DNA of 54,768 nt, counting the filler, from Squatina squatina (lineage: Eukaryota), in assembly GCA_031763465.1 (NCBI GenBank). It is 3 parts of 3 records of this genome, joined end to end, with 100 filler letters (N's around TTAATTAATTAA, not from the genome) between each part and the next. Parts side by side here need not be neighbours in the genome. Positions count along the whole stretch, not along the records: positions 1 to 20,282 come from JARFOE010000062.1; 2 more parts are not named here. One strand, written 5' to 3'. Below, in pieces: positions 1-10,693 of this stretch. The number at the start of each line of letters is the position of its first letter. Position 1 is the stretch's first letter. The position numbers and the translations under genes are program-made. The notes under the pieces were generated by a model. The model worked only from the letters and a program-made list of their open reading frames with translations, was not told the DNA's origin and did not search any database.

Positions 1-229
1 GGGGATTGTGCTTCAGGCTCACACTGGATGATAGAGTTTCTGTAAGTGCCGGAACCAAAACTGTTTCCTTATTGAGAAATTTCACTGGGAAATATTCCCT
101 CACTGTAACTGTGCCATTTGACTGGCTAATGCGCTTGTCAATGTGTATTTTATGTATTTTATGAACCAAACATGTAAATTATTCCAGTTTTCATATTTAT
201 TGAACTTGAATGGGGAAAAGACATCAAAT

Positions 230-302
230 TGCTTCCAGTCACATTCAAACTGTTGACATTTTGTGTGTTAGCGGAATGCGATAACCTCCACACACCGTAA
301 AC
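230..302 (-). pseudogene. degenerate tRNA-Val(AAC) pseudogene
   Basis: Gap-free 73-nt alignment to the reverse complement of vertebrate tRNA-Val(AAC) (tgcttcc...gtgttagcggaatgcgataacc...cgtaaac); stems broken by many substitutions. Confidence 0.6.
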
Positions 303-334
303 CCTCAGCACTGGGGTGCATTAAATTGCAGCGA

Positions 335-470
335 CTCAACAGGAACAGGAGGAGACCATTCAGCCCCTCGAGCTTGTTCCACCATTCAGTTAGATCATGG
401 CTGATCTGTATCTTCTCTCCATCTACCCACTTTGCTTCCATGACCCTTAATAACCTCGCCTAATGAAAAT
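335..470 (-). mobile_element. CR1 LINE 3'-end fragment
   Basis: ggagaccattcagcccctcgagc...agatcatggctgatct is the reverse complement of the CR1 3' UTR seen at about 4245-4327. Confidence 0.7.
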
Positions 471-788
471 CTCCTGACAGTAGCGGCAACCTTTAGCCTG
501 AAACCAGCAGCACTCCCGGATTCAGACAGAAAAGGCTCCTTACTGATGGACACCATGCAGATTAATGAATTACATTTCTGAGCTGTACTCGGGAGGGATT
601 TGGAGATTCCCAAAGGGAACAAAAGATGAAATGGGCTTCACTTTGGATCACTTTTCTCTCACGCAAAGTCATCTATTTAGTGAAGTGAATAAAGAGCATT
701 TAAAGAATAAGGGAGCAGCCCATGTCAACCTTTTGACAGGAGAGTAAACTCACTCCTCATTGTTGATCCACTGCAAGTTTAAACAAAA

Positions 789-861
789 TGTTCCCGCCCA
801 GTGTCGTACCGGGGACCTTTTGCGTGTAAAGCGAATGTGACAACCGCTACACTATGGAAAC
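789..861 (-). pseudogene. tRNA-Val pseudogene (TAC anticodon on an AAC/CAC-type body)
   Basis: Reverse complement GTTTCCATAGTGTAGCGGTTGTCACATTCGCTTTACACGCAAAAGGTCCCCGGTACGACACTGGGCGGGAACA; T-loop/B-box mutated (GGTACGACAC). Confidence 0.8.
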
Positions 862-974
862 AAGTGAGGAATCAATGATGTCTTCATTTCTTTAATAGAA
901 AAAACTCACGTATTCAGTAATGTGTTCCACGCAGCTTGTCAAACCAGACACCGCTCTCCAATTCTCAGGATCTC

Positions 975-1142
975 CCATTGCACTTCACAGAGGTGTCAGC
1001 AAAAATATAGAAGCCAAATCCAAAGAAGGAGCGATTATGATGTGTGATCAAAAGACTCCTCACAGCTCACGGCTTTAGGGAGCGTCTTAAAGGAGGACAC
1101 GGAAGGGTTTGGGCAGGAAATTCCAGAGAGTGAGGCACAGGT
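975..1142 (-). mobile_element. L2-type LINE 3' remnant
   Basis: tttagggagcgtcttaaaggagg is the reverse complement of the L2-type tail at about 39249 (ttaagacgctccttaaaacctacc). Confidence 0.5.
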
Positions 1143-1392
1143 TACTCTTTTGAGTAAAAATAGGTGTTAAACATGAAACAATTAACAAATTAAACTAAAT
1201 ACAAAGTTAATTTAAACAAAAACCCCAGTGCTCAAATTAAAAGCCCATCGTCCCCGGTGAGGATGCACTCCAGTCCCCCCGGCGCCCACTGGTCACGGAA
1301 GGCCGCAGGAGTGCCGGCGGACACCGCGTGCTCCCTCTCCAGGGTCACCCAGGCGCGAACGTAGCCGCGGAAGAGAGGCAGGCATTCGGGGC
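1143..1392 (-). mobile_element. 5'-truncated Tx1-clade (L1-like) retrotransposon with 14-bp TSD
   Basis: Minus strand encodes CLPLFRGYVRAWVTLEREHAVSAGTPAAFRDQWAPGGLECILTGDDGLLI* (Tx1 ORF2 C-terminus-like), then a T-rich 3' UTR; direct repeat AGTGAGGCACAGGT at 1129-1142 and 1393-1406. Confidence 0.75.
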
Positions 1393-1822
1393 AGTGAGGC
1401 ACAGGTAATGGCAGACTATTTGTGGTGTGAAGAGAATGGGGCTGCTCATGAGGCCAGAGTCATAGAACCATAGAATCTTAGGTCGATCGAATATTACAGC
1501 ACAGAAGGGGAACATGATGTGAAAAAAATGACAGCACCCAAAATGTGTGTAACATTCTCTGTTGTTTTCTCTGCACTGGTGGGTTGTGAAGGGAGAGACG
1601 GGCCGGACTCCCACTGAGCCACACTTACCCCGAGCCAAAGTGGAATTATATCAAGTCCAATCTTTAGCAGCGAGCGGCTGGAGAGAGATAAGATTGCAGA
1701 ATCAGAGAAAGATGTTCTTATACTGTTGTTGAATGGCATTTACATGAAGGACTCATTGAATGAAATTTGCTGGGGGATTCGGACCTGGGGATCACCTGTA
1801 AAATCAGCCCAAAAACAGAAAC

Positions 1823-1880
1823 TGCCCGACGTGAGCCTGATATTAAGAGTCCAATGATCTTCTGACTGAGCTAGCCGGGC
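1823..1880 (-). pseudogene. tRNA-Lys(CTT) pseudogene lacking most of the T-arm
   Basis: Reverse complement begins GCCCGGCTAGCTCAGTCAG, has anticodon loop CTCTTAA and ends CACGTCGGGCA; about 15 nt of the T-arm missing. Confidence 0.75.
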
Positions 1881-2223
1881 CTGTCTGGCCGAGATACACT
1901 GCTTGATATACAAATGATGAATGAGCTTTCCCATAATTCCCTGGTTTATCAATAAACCGACCAGCAAAAGCCCAAAAGAACCTTATTACAGATTATTTTG
2001 CTGATTACTGTAAAATGTGCTTTCTGCTTAGCAATACTTATGCCACAGGAACAGGTTCTCCTCACTTACTTTATTCAAACCCTTCAGGATGTTGAACACC
2101 TCGACAAAATATCACTTTAACCTTCTCCGCTGTAAGATATCAATCCCTTCTTCTCTACTACTCCCTGTAATTGAAGTCTCGCTTCCTTCCAAAAGCACAA
2201 TACTCCTAAGGCTCAGCATAACA

Positions 2224-4327
2224 TTAATGGTAAAAATTTAAGGAATGAATCCATGAATTGCAACAGTTACATATTCCCTTCTGGCACAAAACCGCAACAG
2301 GAAAAATGTTCCAACCATGGCTAACAGAAGAAATTAAGGATAGTATTGGATCCAAAGAGGATTCATGCAAAGTTGCCAGAAATATTCGTAAGCCTGAGCA
2401 TTGGGAGCAGTTTAGAATTCAACAAAGGAGGATCAAGAGATTGATTAAGAGGGGGAAAATGAATTATGAGAGTAAACTTGCAAAGAACATAATAGCGGAC
2501 TGTAAAAGCTTTTACAAGTATGGTAAAAGAAAAAGTTTAGTGAAGACAAATGTAGGTCCCCTGCAGTCAGAAATGGGAGAAGGGAGAATTTATACTGGGG
2601 AACAAAGAGATGGCAGAACAATTAAATAAATACTTCGATTCTATCTTCACAGAAGAGGACACAACTAACCTCCCAGAAATGCTAGGGATTCAAGGGTGTG
2701 GTGAAAAGGAGGAATTTAAGAAAATTAGTATTGGTAAAAAAACATTGCTGGACAAGTTAATGGGACTGAAAGCTGATAAATCCCCAGGGCCTGAAAATCT
2801 ACATCCCAGAGTACTAAACGAGGTGGCCATGGAAATAGTCGATGCATTGGTCGACATCTTCCAAAATTCTATAGATCCTGGGATAGTTCCTGCTGATTGG
2901 AGGGTGGCAAATGTGACCCCACTATTTATAAAGGGAGGGAGAGAGAAAACTTGGAAATACAGACCCGTTAGCCTAACATCAGTAGTGGGAAAAATGTTAG
3001 AATCTATTATAAAGGATGTAGTATTCGGACACTTGGAAAGTATCAACGGGATTAGACAAAGTCAACATGGATTTATGAAAGGGAAATCATGTTTGACAAA
3101 CCTCCTGGAATTTTTTGAGGAAGCAATCAGTAGAATAGAGAAGGGAGAACCAGTGGATGTGGTGTTTTTGGATTTTCAGAAGGCTTTTGATAAATTCCCA
3201 CATGAGAGGTTAGTATGCAAAATTAAAGTACATGGGATTGTGGGTATTATACTGGAATGGATTGAGAAGTGGTTAACGGACAGGAAACCGAGAGTGGGAA
3301 TAAATGGGTGGCAGGCGGTGACTGGCGGGGTACCGCAGGGATCAGTACTTGGCCCCCAGCTATTTATAATATATATCAATGACTTGGATGAGAGACACAA
3401 ATGCAATATTTCCAAGTTTGCATGCGACACAAAATTAGGTGGGAATGTGAGCTGTGAGGAGGATGCAAAGAGGCTTCAAGGCGAGACTTAGACAAATTGA
3501 GTGAGTGGGAAAACACATGGCAGATGCAGTATAATGTGGATAAATGTGAAGTTATCCACTTCTGTGTGAAAAACAGAAAGGTAGAGTATTAGTTAAATGG
3601 TAATATATTGGGAATGTTGATGGGCAAAGGGACCTGGGTGTCCTTGTATACCAGTCAATGAAAGCAAGCAGGCAAGTGCAGCAAGCACTTAGGAAGGCAA
3701 ATGGTTTGTTGGCCTTCATTGCAAGAGGATTTCAGTACAGGAGCAAGGATGTCTTACTGCAATTATATAGGGCCTTGGTGAGACCACACCTGGAGTGTTA
3801 CATGAAATTTTGTTCTCCCTACTTAAGAAAGGATATACTTGCCATAGAGGGAGTGCAGAGAAGATTCACCAGACTGATACCCGGGATGACAAGACTGTCG
3901 TGTGAGGAGAGATTGCGTCGACTGGGCCTGTATTCACTAGAGTTTGGAAGAATGAGAGGGGATGTCGTTGAAATGTGTAAAATTCTGACAGGGCTAGCCA
4001 GTCCAGATGCAGGGAGGATGTTTCCCCTAGCTGGGGAGTCTAGAACCAGGGGACACAGTCTCAGTATATGGGGTACGCCAATTAGGACTGAGATGAGGAA
4101 CAGAGGGTGGTGAACTTGTGGAATTCTCTACCACAGAAGGCTGCAGAGGCCAGGTGACTGAGTATATTCAAGAAGGAGATAGATTTTTATACTCTAAAGA
4201 GATCAAGGGGTTTGGGGAGAAAGCGGGATTATGGCAATGGGATAGAGGATCAGCCATGATCGTATTGAAGGGTGGATCAGGCTCGAAGGGCCGAACGGCC
4301 TACTGCTGCTCCTATTTTCTATGTTTC
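2224..4327 (+). mobile_element. 5'-truncated CR1 LINE (ORF2 RT, frameshifted) nested in an older minus-strand CR1 remnant
   Basis: ORFs 2258-2629, 2610-3491 and 3658-4113 carry CR1 motifs KSPGP, YRPVSLTS, QHGFMKGKSCLTNL, LDFQKAFD, GVPQGSVLGP, LVRPHLE; catalytic FADD reads FACD; 3' tail ctattttctatgtttc; flanks at about 2060-2223 and 4328-4385 look like one interrupted older CR1. Confidence 0.95.
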
Positions 4328-4498
4328 TAACTTCGTTGCTTTTGCTCTCGATGCCTCTGTTTATAAAATCAAGGATCACGTATCACAAAGACAAACTGCT
4401 ACTGATGCTGGAAGTTTGAAATAAAAATGTAAATTGCTGGCAATAGTCAGTGGCTGTGACGAGTCGGAGAGTTGGGGAAAAGAAGGGAGCTTTCTCTG

Positions 4499-4591
4499 GG
4501 TTCAATGGTGTAATGGTGTGCACTCTGGACTTTGAATGCAGCACTCTAGACTTTGAATCCAGCAACCTGAGTTCAAATCTTGGTGGATCCT
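4499..4591 (+). pseudogene. tRNA-Gln(TTG) with tandemly duplicated anticodon arm
   Basis: GGTTCAATGGTGTAATGG...GAGTTCAAATCTTGGTGGATCCT; 21-nt duplication at 4520-4540 and 4541-4561 gives 93 nt instead of 72. Confidence 0.85.
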
Positions 4592-4884
4592 GTGTTCTTC
4601 CTGTTGAGAATTTGGGACGGACAAGTAAAAAGCACCTTGACGGCAGATGTGCGATTGGCTTCGATACTGAGCCGAGGGGAAAGTGAGGATGCTGAAGGTA
4701 GGACGAGAGAAGACTGAGCCAAGGTGGAATGGAGGAGATAAACTTGTCCACTGCATTCAGTTTTGCTGGTGGGAGAGGTTTGCAAGCAGTCTTGAGGGGG
4801 CAGCGATGTATCTCCATTGCAGACCTGGTCCCCAGCACAAACACCGTTCCTTAGCAGTTGGCTTCATCCCTATACCTGGTCAAT

Positions 4885-5225
4885 GACTGAGGCAGAACCA
4901 GACACTTTGCGGCTTTGGTGTTTCATCTGACCTTGAGATGAGCTTCTGAACAAATATCCACTCCATCACCAAGACCACTTACTTCCACATCCGTAACGTA
5001 ACCCGACTCTGCCTCTGCCTCAGCTGATCTGCTACTGAACCCTCGTCCGTGCCTTTGTTACCTCGAGACTTGACTATTCCAACATATTCCAAGACAGTCT
5101 CCTATCTTCCTCACACAATAAATTTGAGCTCATCCAAACCTCTACTGCACATATCCTAACTCACTCCATATCCCATTCACACATCACCCATGTTCTCACT
5201 CACCTACATTGGCCACCAATCCTGC
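4885..5225 (+). mobile_element. L2 LINE ORF2 C-terminal fragment
   Basis: gcctttgttacctcgagacttgactattccaac encodes AFVTSRLDYSN, the conserved L2 motif. Confidence 0.75.
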
Positions 5226-5316
5226 AATTTTCAATAATAAAAACACAAAATGATGGAAATCCTTAGCTGGTCAGGGAGCATCTGTGAAGCGAGAAACAGA
5301 TTTAACGTTTCAGGTC

Positions 5317-5660
5317 ATAGAAATCATAGTATCATCGAAATTTACAGCACAGAAGGAGGCCGTTTGGCCCATCATATCCATGGTGGCCGACAAAGAGCGA
5401 TCCAGCCTATTCCCACTTCCCTGCTACTGGTCCATAGCCTTGTAGGTTACGGTATTTCAAGTGTATATCCAATTACTTTACAAATGTTATGAGGATTTCT
5501 GCCTCTACCACCCTTTCAGACAGTGACTTTCAGATAGCCACCACCATGTGGGTGAAAAAAATTCCCGTCAAATCCCCTCTAAACCTCCAGCCTCTTATTT
5601 GAAATCTGTACCACCTGGTTATTGAACGTTCCGCTGCGTTGAATCGATCCTTCCTATCCA
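5317..5660 (-). mobile_element. CR1 3' fragment
   Basis: catagaaatcatag tail and acagcacagaaggaggcc; minus-strand translation RFRGDLTGIFFTHMVVAI. Confidence 0.75.
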
Positions 5661-5665
5661 TTCTG

Positions 5666-8600
5666 TCTCCGCTCCCCCTTTGAATGACCACTCCTCTCTG
5701 CTTCTCCTTTGAATGGCCGCTCCTATCTGCTTCCCCTTTGAATGGCCGCTCCTCTCTGCTCCCCCTTTGAATGGTCACTCCTCTCTGCTCCCACTTTGAA
5801 TGGCCGCTCCTCTCTGCTTCCCCTTTGAATGGCCCCTCCTCTCCGCTCCCCCTTTGTATGACCACTCCTCTCTGCTTCCCCTTTGAATGGCCGCTCCTCT
5901 CTGCTCCCTTCTTTGAACAGCCGTTCCTCTCTGCTCCCCCATTTGAATGGCCGCTCCTCTCTTCTCCCCCATTGTATGGACGCTCCTCTCTGCTCCCCCT
6001 TTGAATGGCCGCTCCACTCTGCTACCCAGTTTGAATGGCCGCACCTCTCTGCTAACCCATTTGAATTGCTGCTGCTCTCTGCTCTCCCCTTGAATGGCCG
6101 CTCCTCTCTGCTTCCCCTTTGAATGGCCGCTCCTCTGCTTCCCCTTTGAATGGCCGCTCCTCTCTGCTTCGCTTTTGAATGGCCGCTCCTCTTTGTTTCC
6201 CCTTTGAATGACCACTCTATCTCCACTCCCCCTTTAAATGGATGCTCCTCTCTGCTCCCCCTTTGAATGGCCGCTCCTCTCTCCTCCCCTCTTTGTACAG
6301 CCGCGCCTCTCTGCTCCCCCATTTGAATGGCCGCTCGTCTCTGCTCCCCCTTTGAATGGCCGCTCCTCTCTGCTCACCCTTTGAATGGCCGCTCCTCTCT
6401 GCTCCCCTCTTTGTACAGCCGCTCCTCTCTGCTCCCCCATTTGAATGGCCGCTCCTCTCTGCTCCCCCTTTGAATGACCACTCCTCTCTGCTCCCACTTT
6501 GAATGGCCGCTCCTCTCTGCTTCCCCTTTGAATGGCCGCTCCTCTCTGCTCCCCCTTTGTATGACCACTGCTCTCTGCTTCCTCTTTGAATGGCCGCTCC
6601 TCGCTGCTCCCCCTTTGAATGGCTGCTCCTCTCTGCTCCCCCATTGTATGGCCGGTCCTCTCTGCTCCCCCATTGTATGGCCGCTCCTCTCTGCTCACAC
6701 TTTGAAGGGCCAGTCCTCTCTGCTCCCATGTTTGAATGGCCGCTCCTCTCTACTCTCCCCTTTGTATGGCTGCTCCTCTCTGCTCACCCTTTGAATGGCC
6801 GCTCCTCTCTTCACCCACTTTGAATGGCTGCTCCTCTCTGCTCTCCCCTTTGAATGGCTGCTCCTCTCTGCTCCCACTTTGAATGGCCGCTCCTCTCTGC
6901 TCCCAGTTTGAATGGCCACTCCTCTCTGCTCCCTCTTTGAATGGCCGCTCCTCTCTGCTACCCCTTTGAATGGCTGCTCCTCTCTGCTCCCAGTTTGAAT
7001 TGCCGCTCCTCTCTGCTTCCCCTTTGAATGGCCGCTCCTCTCTGCTTCCCCTTTGAATGGCCGCTCCTCTCTGCTTCCCCTTTGAATGGCTGCTCCGCTC
7101 TGCTTCCCCTTTGAATGACCACTCTATCTCCGCTCCCCCTTTGAATGGCCGCTCCTCTCTCCTCCCCTCTTTGTACAGCCGCTCCTATCTGCTCCCCCTT
7201 TGAATGGCCGCTCCTCTCTGCTCCCCCTTTGAATGGCCGCTCCTCTCTGCTCACACTTTGAATGGCCGCTCCTCTCTGCTCCCCTCTTTGCACAGCCGCT
7301 CCTCTCTGCTCCTCCTTTTGAATGGCCGCTCCTCTCTGCTCCTCCTTTGAATGACCACTCCTCTCTGCTCCCACTTTGAATGGCCGCTCCTCTCTGCTTC
7401 CCCTTTGAATGGTCGCTCCTCTCCGCTCCCCCTTTGTATGACCACTGCTCTCTGCTTCCTCTTTGAATACCGCTCCTCGCTGCTCCCCCTTTGAATCGCT
7501 GCTCCTCTCTGCTCCCCCATTGTATGGCCGGTCCTCTCTGCTCCCCCATTGTATGGCCGCTCCTCTCTGCTCCCCCTTTGAATGGCTGCTCCTCTCTGCT
7601 CACACTTTGAAGGGCCAGTCCTCTCTGCTCCCCTGTTTGAATGGCCGCTCCTCTCTGCTCTCCCCTTTGTATGGCTGCTCCTCTCTGCTCTCCCTTTGAA
7701 CGGCCGCTCCTCTCTTCTCCCCCTTTGAATGGCCGCTCCTCTCTGCTCTCCCCTTTGAATGGCTGCTCCTCTCTGTTCCAACTTTGAATGGCCGCTCCTC
7801 TCTGCTCCCAGTTTGAATGGCCACTCCTCTCTGCTCCCTCTTTGAATGGCCGATCCTCTCTGCTCCCCCTTTGAATGGCTGCTCCTCTCTGCTCCCTGTT
7901 TGAATTGCCGCTCCTCTCTGCTCCCCCTTTGAAGGGCCGCTCCTCTCTGCTCCCCCTTTGAATGGCTGCTCCTCTCTGCTCACTCATTGAATGTCTGCTC
8001 CTTTCTGCTCCCCTGTTTGCATGGCCACTCCACTCTGCTCTCCCGTTTGTATGCCTGCTCCTCTCTGCTCCCCCTGTGAATGGCCGCTCCTCTCTGCTCT
8101 CCCCTTTGAATGGCTACTCCTCTCTGCTCCCCTTTGAATGGCCACACCTCTCTGATCTCCCCTTTGAATGGCCGCTCCTCTCTGCTCCCCCTTTGAATGG
8201 CCGCTCTTCTCTGCTCCCCCTTTGAATGGCCGCTCCTCTCTGCTACCCCATTTGAATTGCCACTACTCTCTGCTCCATCTTTTAATGGCCGATCCTCTCT
8301 GCTCCCCCTTTGAATGGCTGCTCCTCTCTGCTCCCAGTTTGAATGGCCGCTCCTCTCTGCTCCCCCTTTAAATGACCACTCCTGTCTGCTCCCCCTTTGA
8401 ATGACCACTCCTCTCTGCTCCCACTTTAAATGGCCGCTCCTCTCTGATTCCAATTTGAATGGCCGCTCCTCTCTGCTCCCTCTTTGAACGGCCACTCCTC
8501 TCTGCTCCCCCTTTGAATGGTGCTCCTCTCTGCTCCCCCTTTGGATGGCCGCTCCTCTCTCCTTCCCCTTTGAATGGCTGCTCCTGTCTGCTCCCACTTT

Positions 8601-8720
8601 GAATGGTCGCTCGTCTCTGCTCCCCCTTTGAATCTCCGCTCCTCTATGCTCCGCCTTTGAATGGCCGCTCCTCTCTGCTCGCTGCTCCCACTCAGTTTTA
8701 AATGACCGCTCATCTCTGAA
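5666..8720. repeat. about 3-kb pyrimidine-rich minisatellite, 29-bp unit (31-bp variants), about 100 copies
   Basis: Unit TTTGAATGGCCGCTCCTCTCTGCTCCCCC repeated head-to-tail; variant blocks recur at about 0.9-kb spacing. Confidence 0.97.
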
Positions 8721-8913
8721 TCAGCACTGTAAACAGCCACTCCGTACGACTCCTCATCTTTAAGCAGCTGCTGCCTCCTGCCCTCACTCTTTCAACAGCA
8801 GCCGTCCTCTGCTTCCGATCTTTCAAACCAGAACAGAGTATTTTTGTACAGCGCCTCATGTAAACTTATCATTTAAATTGTTGACCAAAATACATTAGCA
8901 AAATGTGGAATTT

Positions 8914-8986
8914 TGCATTGGCTGGAAATTGAACCTGTGTTGCCCACGTGGTCGGCGAGAATTCTACCCTTGAAGCACTATTTTGC
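8914..8986 (-). pseudogene. tRNA-Gly(GCC)-derived pseudogene
   Basis: tgcattggctggaaattgaacc...ggcgagaattctacc matches the reverse complement of tRNA-Gly(GCC); acceptor stem and anticodon damaged. Confidence 0.75.
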
Positions 8987-9146
8987 TGTTTTGCTGTTTT
9001 TCAATTTGCAAGAGAATGCAATTACATTTTGCTTTTATAACAGAAGGAATTGCACAATTAAACGCAGAAAAGTACTTTAGATGCTGTAAATGAAAGTGAG
9101 CAAAGGACATATCTGTGGCCCAAATACCACAGGAGAGACGGGCTTT

Positions 9147-9220
9147 AGCTCTGTGGCTTAGTTGGTAAAAGTACATATACAGTGAACAGCAGATCTTGGG
9201 TTCAACCTTAAGCAGGGACT
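9147..9220 (+). pseudogene. tRNA-Thr(AGT)-derived pseudogene
   Basis: gctctgtggcttagttggtaaaag...agatcttgggttcaa aligns to the intact Thr at 12181-12254. Confidence 0.7.
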
Positions 9221-9462
9221 TGTTTTAATCAAAACTATGTGACTTTAAGTAACAAAATAAGATATACTTGTTTCTGTAATTTGTGAAGATCCAACTCAGA
9301 AAGGCGACCTCCATCCTGCTCCCACTCTTTAAACAACTGCTCTCTGTTTTAACCGGCCTCTCCTCTCTGCACCCACTCTTTGAACCCAAAACAGAGTATT
9401 TTGCAGAACTAACTTTTTAATAGAAACTGTTTACTGAAATACATTAATGCAATGCGGAACTT

Positions 9463-9533
9463 TGCATTTGCCAGAAATCACAGCTGTCTCTCTCACATGG
9501 CAGGCGAGAATTCTACCCCTGAACCACCAATGC
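9463..9533 (-). pseudogene. tRNA-Gly(GCC) pseudogene
   Basis: 5' half nearly perfect (GCATTGGTGGTTCAGGGGTAGAATTCTCGCCTGCCA); T-arm destroyed. Confidence 0.8.
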
Positions 9534-9799
9534 TCAAATTTTAATTTCCTTCAATTTTCGACAGAACACAATTACATTTTGCTTGTAAACAGATGAGGTT
9601 GCACAATTAAACACAGTAAAGCATTTCGGATGCTGAAATTTGAAGCGCGATAAGGACATATTTTCAAGTCTGCCACTCACACACAAAGCATCACAAACTC
9701 ACTGATTCAAAAACAACCCATAGATGGAAAATGGAATTAAACACAACTCGCGAGATTAGCAATATCTGCGGCCCAAATGCAAAAGTAGAGCTGGGCTTT

Positions 9800-9873
9800 G
9801 GCTCCGTGGCTTAGTTGGTTAAAATTCCTGTCAAGTAATCAGGGGATCCTGAGTGTGTGTCCCAGTGAGGCCT
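9800..9873 (+). pseudogene. tRNA-Thr(AGT) pseudogene
   Basis: GGCTCCGTGGCTTAGTTGGTTAAA...CCCAGTGAGGCCT, 74 nt; B-box replaced by gagtgtgtgtcc. Confidence 0.8.
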
Positions 9874-10613
9874 TGCATTAATCTATATTATGTCAACGTA
9901 AGAAGCAAAATAAGACAGACTTGCATCTGTAATTGCTCAGAATCCATCTCGGAAATGATACCTCCTCTCAGTTCCCACTCCTTAAACAGCAGCTTCTCTC
10001 AGCTTCCCCTCAGTTTTAAATGGAGGCTAGTCTCTGCTCCCGCTCTGTTAATAGCCGATGGCTCTGATTCTGCTCAGTTTGATTCCATTCGATATTTTTT
10101 CTCCCCCAGCTCTTAAACGGGCGAATGTACAAGACCCCACAGACATCATTCTCCCCGTGTCCCAATTAAATTTTAATTCTAAGCTGGTTTGTAGCTGAGA
10201 AAATTTATAACCGATAGATGAACATCACCGGTCTGCTCTCGAGAAACGTCATATTAAATGCGATGAAACTCTCTCCAGGCTGGGATGGTTCGATTCCACC
10301 AACATCACTTCACATGACTGAGGCCTTAACGCACTTGTGTCAAAGGGTAATCGGAGGCTCCTGCTGACCCAAACTCGAGTAATTTTAATTCGGTTGTAAC
10401 AGCACAGAGACAGATGCACAGAAATAAGGAACGAGATTGGAGCAGGCCAAGCATCGGCCTCATTTGCATCGTGAGCTTCAGGAAATCCTTCTTTCGACAC
10501 TCCGCCCCCAATCTCAGATTCTCCCCACACCCACTGCTCCTCAAAGGGTGAGAATCACTGTTATTCCCCAGCTGCTGGCAAGGCCTGGGCTTTAAATAAA
10601 ATAAAGAGGTTCG

Positions 10614-10693
10614 GTTCATCGGCAGGATTCCAATTTAAGGGGAAGACTGAATGGAATCATAATCCATTGTCCCAACCACTCGGAGATGGTTAG
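10614..10693 (-). pseudogene. tRNA-Ser-derived pseudogene
   Basis: tcggcaggattc...aatgga...tccattg...aaccactcgg matches the reverse complement of tRNA-Ser (AGA/TGA type, long variable arm). Confidence 0.65.

Noticed and set aside
1765-1810. Possible additional tRNA T-arm remnant (ggattcggacctggggatc)
   Set aside because: Too short and degenerate to assign
5530-8740. Many overlapping ORFs (GSREERPFK, EQRGAAIQ repeats)
   Set aside because: By-products of a stop-poor minisatellite; frames shift constantly; no splice or homology support
10270-10310. ggttcgattccacc resembling a B-box or tRNA-Sec T-arm
   Set aside because: No matching acceptor, D or anticodon arms found upstream
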